A stretch of 44,999 nucleotides of DNA from Microlunatus sp. GTDB taxonomy: Bacteria > Actinomycetota > Actinomycetes > Propionibacteriales > Propionibacteriaceae. The first letter of the stretch is position 1, and each line of letters starts with the position of its first letter. Positions 39,037 to 44,999 of this stretch are shown here, in pieces. The translations under genes and the position numbers were made by a program. Location of the stretch: the NCBI GenBank assembly GCA_036566865.1, contig DATCVL010000141.1, positions 1 through 44,999 of the forward strand, written 5' to 3'. The notes below the pieces were generated by a model. That model did not search any database, was not told the origin of the DNA, and saw only the letters and a list, made by a program, of their open reading frames with translations.

Positions 39037-39105
39037 CTACGGCGCGGCTCAGGCGTGACTCGACCATGATCAAGTCCTGTGTCACATGCGGATCGATGCC
39101 CGGGC
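39037..39105 (+). repeat. Type-2 leader + core motif
   Basis: ctacggcgcggc...tgactcgaccatgatcaagtcctgtgtcacatgcggatcgatgcccgggc. Confidence 0.9.
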
Positions 39106-39141
39106 AGCCGACTGCGGGTGGCGGGCCGCCTACCCGGCGGG

Positions 39142-39671
39142 CTACTGGCCGAGGTCCGGCCAAACGCTCCCGTCAAGGAATTCCTCGCAGGCCGCGGCAA
39201 GCACGCCAATGTTCTTCGCTGACCTTTCGAGTGGGCCAGGCTCGAAGAGCCCATGATCGCCACCGTCGATTTCCACTACGTGCGGCGTCAGATCGCGTGC
39301 AACTGCAGAGTCCCACAAGTCATCTGCCGTCCCACCCACCAGCATGAACGGCACCGTCGATCGCCGCAGTCCGCCGACGATCTCATCACTGATCAGCACT
39401 GGCGTCACCCAGACCGCTGGCAGGCCGAGATCGGCCACCAACCCGGCGGCATAGCTTCCCAGTGATTTCCCGATTACCAGTGTCATCGCCGGATCGCAGC
39501 CGAAGGAATCTGCTCAAGGGCCAAGCGATCGAGCTCTTCAGCGGATGACCAACTCACGGCAACCGGCTCAGCGCCTCGTCGCATCGCGGCCATCATCGGA
39601 AAGAACAACTGTGGCGCGTACGCTCCGAAACTGCGGCCGGGGAGAACCACCACGGTACGAACATCGACCAT
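39142..39671 (-). pseudogene. Alpha/beta hydrolase split by a frameshift/internal deletion
   Basis: VVLPGRSF...P.LFF N-half in one frame; IGKSLGS, VGGTADD, GGDHGL C-half in another; break near 39490. Confidence 0.8.
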
Positions 39672-39812
39672 CGCTCCATCGTCGCAGAACGCACCGGCCC
39701 ACTGCGTCATCAACGCCGTTCGCAAACCGACGCGCTGGCAGCCGCCCGAAAGCCGGCCGTTGCCAGGCAGACCATCGGGCAGCTTCACGGAGCACTGAGC
39801 TGAGCTGGTCGG

Positions 39813-39842
39813 CCGTGTCTGCAGGGGATCCTGCACCGGGAC
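39813..39842 (+). repeat. Core motif copy
   Basis: ccgtgtctgcaggggatcctgcaccgggac. Confidence 0.7.
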
Positions 39843-39852
39843 GCGCAATCAA

Positions 39853-40290
39853 CTACGCCGCCGGGATCACATCGAGCTCGTACATGTCGCCGACTGTTTG
39901 GACTGACCGAACAAGCCAGTCCGCTCGGACATCTGGGATCGCAAAGTCGTTCCACTCGTAGGCAGCTATCACCCCCAGGGTCGCCTCGACACTGACCGCA
40001 TCGCCCGACCGCAGCCGACCAGAACCCATCCCGAGCCGGACAACCAGTCGGCACTGGCCCGCGTCAACGATCAGCTCAGAGCCACGATCCCGTACCTCAA
40101 GGACCCACCCGGTCACCCGATAGCGGTCGCGTGACGCATTCGACTCGAAGATTCCCACGGTCAGACCCGACGACGAATCGTCCGGGAGAAGCCTTGCGTC
40201 CGCGCAAATCCCCAATCTGATCCGCTCACCGATCCCACCAAGCACAACTTGCTCATCGTCGACCATCCAGGTCGGGATTATCACCAGCAC
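39853..40290 (-). CDS. Hypothetical protein
   Basis: Beta-rich, protein-like ORF bounded on both sides by motif copies; GTG start inferred. Confidence 0.6.
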   Translation of the reverse strand: MLVIIPTWMVDDEQVVLGGIGERIRLGICADARLLPDDSSSGLTVGIFESNASRDRYRVTGWVLEVRDRGSELIVDAGQCRLVVRLGMGSGRLRSGDAVSVEATLGVIAAYEWNDFAIPDVRADWLVRSVQTVGDMYELDVIPAA

Positions 40291-40340
40291 GTTGAGATCC
40301 TCACACACACGACGAAGCCGACAAGTCCGGATCAGAGCGC

Positions 40341-40563
40341 TCCGCAAGCGGATTCGGCGCCGGCCGTCGACAAGACCGGGGCTGGTGCGCGTTGATCAGG
40401 CGGAGCGCTCCCCTGATCGGGCAGTTCGCGGGCGATCCGGTCCCGGGCGCTCCCGCGAGCGTTTCCAGCGTCCGCTTGTCACGCGGCAAGGTCCCCTGAC
40501 CGGGCAGCTTTCGGGCCATCCGTGGCCGGGCACAGCTGAACGGCTGACTCAGTGACCGGGCAG
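40341..40563 (+). repeat. Stacked elements: core + two right-hand modules + extra half-core
   Basis: tgatcgggcagttcgcgggcg (40414-40434) identical to 1442-1462; second module 40476-40531. Confidence 0.85.
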
Positions 40564-40693
40564 ACGACGCACGAGTGATGGGTTCCGTGTCCAGCTGAAC
40601 CGAGGCAACCTACCGTCAGCAACCCTGCATGGCTGGCGCAAAATCGCTGCTACGTGCTTCTCTCTTCCGACCGCTACACAAGAACCGAGCAGA

Positions 40694-41251
40694 TCAACTG
40701 GCGGCCCCGGACTCACCGCTGGACGCCGCATCGAGAAACCGCTGACACAGCTGGAGATCGCGAAAGGCATAAACAGCGACCACGACCGTCGTGATCACAA
40801 ATGCGATCCGCAGGAGCTGCATCCACAGATCTGTCTCCGTCAACAAGCCACCGAACACGATCAGCCCCAAGGGTAGAGACATCCGCAGTGACCTCGCCTG
40901 CAAACGACCCCAGTGGAAAGCGAACGCCTCCAGGTCGAGGCCCGCTGGCGCGCCGCCCACGTCGCCGTGGCGAATGCAACGCAGCGCTCTCCGCTTAGTC
41001 CTGCCGTCGAGTCGGCGGACCGGGTTCTTCCAATCCGAACGGTCGTCGATCTTCGGCACGGTCAAAGTCGTCAGCAACAGGACACCACCGGTCACGACAC
41101 ACACAATCGCGATCACGTCCCCCAAGTCCGACCACCCGAGCGTCGCCCCAGCCACAACCAGCGCCAAGAATCCGCCGCCGACCGAGGCGATGATGACGAT
41201 CCACCTCCGTCGCGGACTCAGGCTCCACGATCGGTCGCACTTGGATGACAT
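40694..41251 (-). CDS. Hypothetical membrane protein (4 predicted TM)
   Basis: Two pairs of hydrophobic helices separated by a basic soluble loop. Confidence 0.7.
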   Translation of the reverse strand: MSSKCDRSWSLSPRRRWIVIIASVGGGFLALVVAGATLGWSDLGDVIAIVCVVTGGVLLLTTLTVPKIDDRSDWKNPVRRLDGRTKRRALRCIRHGDVGGAPAGLDLEAFAFHWGRLQARSLRMSLPLGLIVFGGLLTETDLWMQLLRIAFVITTVVVAVYAFRDLQLCQRFLDAASSGESGAAS

Positions 41252-41342
41252 GGCTCATGTATAGCCGTTGAACGCGCCCAACCGCTGCCGAAGCTTGACA
41301 GCCATGATCACCGAGCGCGTCCAGATCGGATCGGACCTGTGG

Positions 41343-41549
41343 TCAGGTCGGTGGACGATAGGAATCTGGGACAGAGCAGCCGTCCTCAACCCCCACATCG
41401 CGTGCAGTGAAAGAACACCACGACTGGCTCAGCGAGAACCCGCTCAACTCTTGGCCGAGGCCGGCTGGTCGGCGACGCTTCGCTTGGCGAGCTGGCCGAT
41501 AGATGTCGATCGCCAGATACTCAGCGGTCCGGCACACTTCGCACACCCC
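41343..41549 (-). pseudogene. Degraded small CxxC...CxxC protein
   Basis: CEVC...EYL in one frame and VFFHCTRCG in an adjacent frame. Confidence 0.35.
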
Positions 41550-41674
41550 GGCTCCGTAGCGATTCCCTCGCCATGCAGCGAATCTATCCGGGTAGCTTGT
41601 CGATCACCGCAGGCGGATCGCCAGCCGGTCGAGTCGGGCGGCCTCACCGGGCAAGGCCCAGCGCATAATCGCAC

Positions 41675-41702
41675 GACCGCAACGGATCCCTTGCGCCCGG
41701 GC
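41675..41702 (+). repeat. Core motif copy (divergent)
   Basis: gaccgcaacggatcccttgcgcccgggc. Confidence 0.5.
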
Positions 41703-41780
41703 GGCAACGTTCTTGTTGTAACCGGAATCCCTACCGCCGATGACCGCTTGCACGCGTTATTTCGGAGGTCTGGTGCCCGT

Positions 41781-42917
41781 TCAGACCGCCGCCCGGAGTT
41801 CTTTGGTGATTGCCTTGGCAGCCCGTCTGGCCTGTTTGGCTGCGTACCCGATCTGCGCGGCTCGCGGTACGAACCCTATGAAGCGCAGCCCTACTGCGGC
41901 GGGGGCCTCGCCGGTGGCTGTGGGCCGGCCCTGCTCGTCGAGCACGCCGAGGTGTCCGACCAGTTTCGTCAGTCCTCGCCGGAAACCGGTGGCGCAGACG
42001 ATGGCATCGGGACTGATTCGTTTGGTGTTGGCCAAGGTCACGGTCCCCAGATTCAGGGACTCGACGCCGCAGATGATCTCGATGGATCGATCTCGAATCG
42101 CAGCGATCACCTCGTCGTCGAGGATCGCCGGGGCGACGCCGAGGCGAGCGCTGCGCGCGAAGATGCCTTCCTCGGGGATGGGTAGTCCGAACTCGCTGAG
42201 GTCGCCGATGGCCAGCCGGCGCCCCAATCGCGCGACCGCGTCTGCGAGTCGGATCGGCGCGTTATGCAGCGGGATGGAGATGACGTCGCCGGGCAGTCCT
42301 CCCGGACCCTTGCGGAGCAAGATGTTGGGCGGCGTCCGAACCGCGAGCCACACCTTGGCTGCACCACCGCTCGCTAAGTCGAAGGCGATCTCGATGCCCG
42401 AACTGCCCGAACCGACAACCAGAACCTTGCGTCCGGCATAGGGCGATGGATTGGCGTAGCGCGAGGAATGCACCAGATCGCCGGCCCACTCTTCGCGCCC
42501 GGACCATTCCGGGATGAAGGGCTCGTGGTCATAACCAGTGGCGACCACGACCTGGGACGCTTCGATGACGCCGCTTGATGTCGTCACCCGCCAACCCTCA
42601 TCGGTCGAGTCGATCCGCTCGGTGGCACAACCCAACTGCAACGTGATGCTGCGTTCGGCGGCGTGCTGCTCGAGATGAGCGATCACCTGGTCGCGGGTGG
42701 GATAGGTCGGCGTTCCCTTCGGATATGGCCGATTGGGCAGGTGCGAGAACTGCCTGCCGGTGTTCAGGCGCAAGCGATCGTAGCGGTTCCGCCAAGCAGA
42801 GCCGATCTGCTCGGCCCGGTCGATGACCAGTGGCTCCACACCACGATCCGCCAACGCGACCGCGGTCGACAGCCCCGACGTGCCGGCGCCGATGATCACG
42901 ACCTGATGGGACTGCAT
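41781..42917 (-). CDS. Flavin-containing monooxygenase (FMO/YUCCA-like)
   Basis: IIGAGTSG, WRNRYD.L.L, VATG, VHSSRY.N, VVGSGSSG, CATGF. Confidence 0.92.
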   Translation of the reverse strand: MQSHQVVIIGAGTSGLSTAVALADRGVEPLVIDRAEQIGSAWRNRYDRLRLNTGRQFSHLPNRPYPKGTPTYPTRDQVIAHLEQHAAERSITLQLGCATERIDSTDEGWRVTTSSGVIEASQVVVATGYDHEPFIPEWSGREEWAGDLVHSSRYANPSPYAGRKVLVVGSGSSGIEIAFDLASGGAAKVWLAVRTPPNILLRKGPGGLPGDVISIPLHNAPIRLADAVARLGRRLAIGDLSEFGLPIPEEGIFARSARLGVAPAILDDEVIAAIRDRSIEIICGVESLNLGTVTLANTKRISPDAIVCATGFRRGLTKLVGHLGVLDEQGRPTATGEAPAAVGLRFIGFVPRAAQIGYAAKQARRAAKAITKELRAAV

Positions 42918-42918
42918 C

Positions 42919-43893
42919 TCAGGTCCGCCTGGCGAGCACAGCACTTTGAGGTCCGGCCAGCGACTGGTGCCGGTCGACTTCCCAGCCGGTCACTTCGAGC
43001 CAGCTGGTGATCTCATCCAAGCTGTAGACGTCGCCTTCGGCGATGTGGGCGGCGAACTCGCCGGCCATCAATGCGGCTGGCACGGGCTCGGTATGGGTGG
43101 GGTCGGTCCAGAAGTCGGCCGCGATCAGCAGCGCGCCGGGGCTGACTACGTCGGACACCCGGGCCAGCAATCCCCGATTGTCTTCCGGCGAAAAGTAGTG
43201 AATGACGTTGTTGATCATCACGACGTCATGGCCGGTCGGGATCGGATCGGATCGGATGTCGGCGCCACGTACGGTCACCCGGTCAGCCAGGCCGGTCCCG
43301 GCGACGTGCTTCTCGGTCGCGCCAATCGCAATCGGCAGGTCGACCAGCGTCGCGGTGAGCTGCTGGTTGGCTCGCAGCAAGGCGGTGGACCACGAGCCGG
43401 TGCCGCAGCCGAGGTCGAGCAAGCGGTGCCGGCAGCCGAGGTCCACGGTGGCTGCGAGTACCTGCGTCGGGCCGGCCAGCATGGACTCGATTCCGGCGAG
43501 CATGATCTGCTGCACCTCGGGCGGCAACTCGACGGCCTGCTGGCTGGGTCCGTGGGCGAGCGTTGCGGCGAAGTGGGCCCACGCTGGATAGCTCAGCACA
43601 TCCCAGAAGCGGAGGCCGGCAGACAGTCCGCCACCGGTGAGGAAGCGGTCCGCGTGCGGACTGTTGGTGTAGATGCCGCCCTGCTTGTGCAGCAGACCGA
43701 GAGCGACGCATCCGTCAGCGAGGATGCGCGCGGAACGCTCAGCCAAACCGGCACGCGCCGCCAACCCTGCCAGGTCGGTCGGGTTGTCCTTGAGCGCGTC
43801 GAAGACGCCGAACTCATTGGCCACGAACAAGAACTTTGCGGCCATGAAGCCGCTTGCGATCTGCAGGATCGGATCAAGGGTGATGTCATCCAC
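42919..43893 (-). CDS. O-methyltransferase (dimerisation + Methyltransf_2 domains)
   Basis: N-terminal winged helix; LLDLGCGTG, VDLP, NVIHYF. Confidence 0.9.
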   Translation of the reverse strand: MDDITLDPILQIASGFMAAKFLFVANEFGVFDALKDNPTDLAGLAARAGLAERSARILADGCVALGLLHKQGGIYTNSPHADRFLTGGGLSAGLRFWDVLSYPAWAHFAATLAHGPSQQAVELPPEVQQIMLAGIESMLAGPTQVLAATVDLGCRHRLLDLGCGTGSWSTALLRANQQLTATLVDLPIAIGATEKHVAGTGLADRVTVRGADIRSDPIPTGHDVVMINNVIHYFSPEDNRGLLARVSDVVSPGALLIAADFWTDPTHTEPVPAALMAGEFAAHIAEGDVYSLDEITSWLEVTGWEVDRHQSLAGPQSAVLARRT

Positions 43894-43930
43894 TCCTCCA
43901 GCATCCGGCCGCAGGAACCAAACGAGAATC

Positions 43931-43942
43931 CCAGAATTCTGG
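43931..43942. promoter_or_regulatory. Palindrome between divergent O-MTase and LuxR-type genes
   Basis: ccagaattctgg. Confidence 0.45.
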
Positions 43943-43979
43943 CTTATTCCTCAGCACATCCGAGACCTACCGTGGAGGC

Positions 43980-44999
43980 TTGGATCGCGACAGGCTGGCC
44001 ACCGAGCTCACCGGGCTGGCACGCGAAGGTCTGGACTGGACCGAGTACGTCACCACTGCGGACCAGGCCGTTGCCAAGGCCATCGACTTCGACCGGTCCT
44101 GTTGGCACACCGTCGACCCGGGCACCGTCCTGATGACCGGCAGCGTGAACCGCAACATCGGCTGCAGCGGCTCGTGGCTCGCGAAACACGAATACATCAT
44201 CGAAGACGTCAACAAGTGGGACTTCCTGGCACGGTCCGGGCGGCTTGCCGGAGCCACCAGCCAGGCCACGCATGGCGACCTGATGCGCAGTGCACGGAAC
44301 CGGTCACACCGTGGCTTCGGGATCGGCGACGAACTACGCGGAAGCATGGTCGACCACGACGGCTACTGGGCAGCCGTCGGGCTGCTGCGGGACCAGGACC
44401 GGGAGTGGTTCTCCGAACACGACATCGCCGTGTTGGCGAGCCTGTCGGCAATCATCGCCGAAGGTGCGCGGCGGGCGCTGGTCAGCACGATCGCGGCCGA
44501 GGCGATGGCGAACACGATCGGGCCAGGTGTTGTCACATTCGATGCCGAGGGCAACATCGAGGCATTGACGCCGGCCGCCACGGAGTGGATCGGGCTGCTC
44601 ACCGAGAACCCACCGCCCGAGACGCCCGGAGAATCCAAGGTCCTCCAGGCCGTGGCGGCCCGAGCCCGTAACGCGACGAGCGGCGACCCGCTGCAGGCGG
44701 CGGCGCGGGCCCGGCTGCGAGCTGCGGACGGTACCTGGCTGCTGCTCTACGGCAGTCGTCTCAGCGGCGACCACGATCGAACCGTCGTGGTGATCCAGCA
44801 GGCATCGCCCTCGGAAGTGGCGCCGCTCGTCGCACTCGCCTACGGGCTCACTCCCCGCGAGGTTGACGTGACCCGCATGTGCCTCACCGGCCTGGCCACC
44901 AAACAGATCGCCGAACAACTGCACCTGTCCGCATACACAGTCCAAGATCACCTCAAGGCGATCTTCGAGAAGACCGGCGTGCGCTCGCGCGGCGAACTG
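43980..44999 (+). CDS. GAF-like + LuxR HTH transcriptional regulator (runs off window; absent from the ORF track)
   Basis: Translated by hand at both ends, same frame: DRDRLATEL...CWHTVDPGTVLMTG ... YGLTPREVDVTRMCLTGLATKQIAEQLHLSAYTVQDHLKAIFEKTGVRSRGEL; TTG start uncertain. Confidence 0.88.
   Translation, partial: MDRDRLATELTGLAREGLDWTEYVTTADQAVAKAIDFDRSCWHTVDPGTVLMTGSVNRNIGCSGSWLAKHEYIIEDVNKWDFLARSGRLAGATSQATHGDLMRSARNRSHRGFGIGDELRGSMVDHDGYWAAVGLLRDQDREWFSEHDIAVLASLSAIIAEGARRALVSTIAAEAMANTIGPGVVTFDAEGNIEALTPAATEWIGLLTENPPPETPGESKVLQAVAARARNATSGDPLQAAARARLRAADGTWLLLYGSRLSGDHDRTVVVIQQASPSEVAPLVALAYGLTPREVDVTRMCLTGLATKQIAEQLHLSAYTVQDHLKAIFEKTGVRSRGEL

Noticed and set aside
1315-41702. CRISPR array interpretation of the recurring motif
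   Set aside because: Copies are degenerate and spaced irregularly from tens of bp to several kb with whole genes between; no cas genes.
1315-41702. Classical integron attC sites
   Set aside because: No consistent RYYYAAC...GTTRRRY ends, no IntI in the window, and cargo is in both orientations with its own operators.
1315-41702. Motif as intrinsic terminators or a transcription-factor regulon
   Set aside because: The core alone is not a stem-loop and keeps one strand orientation regardless of neighbouring gene direction; disfavoured, not excluded.
1-44999. Transposase, integrase, tRNA, rRNA or phage genes
   Set aside because: No DDE, tyrosine/serine recombinase, HUH or structural RNA signatures recognised in any frame examined.

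Overview
High-GC, actinobacterial-looking accessory region with no integrase, transposase, tRNA, rRNA or CRISPR array that I could recognise. It holds about 45 mostly unrelated small genes in both orientations: GNAT acetyltransferases, APH-fold kinases, NUDIX/HIT/MazG/HAD hydrolases, TetR- and ArsR-regulated oxidoreductase/MFS units, a polysaccharide deacetylase-GT2 fusion and an orphan methyltransferase. Many gene fragments, internal deletions and deletion-made chimeras are mixed in. The main unexplained structure is a degenerate ~27-bp motif (consensus roughly CTGTSKCACA-N1-2-GGATCSATSACCGGGC). I found about 30 copies by eye, all on the + strand and essentially all at gene or module boundaries. 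They carry interchangeable conserved left-flank (3-4 types) and right-flank (1 type) extensions. The layout resembles an integron-like cassette array built on a non-attC recombination site; that reading is inference. Product calls come from recalled family motifs, not database searches.
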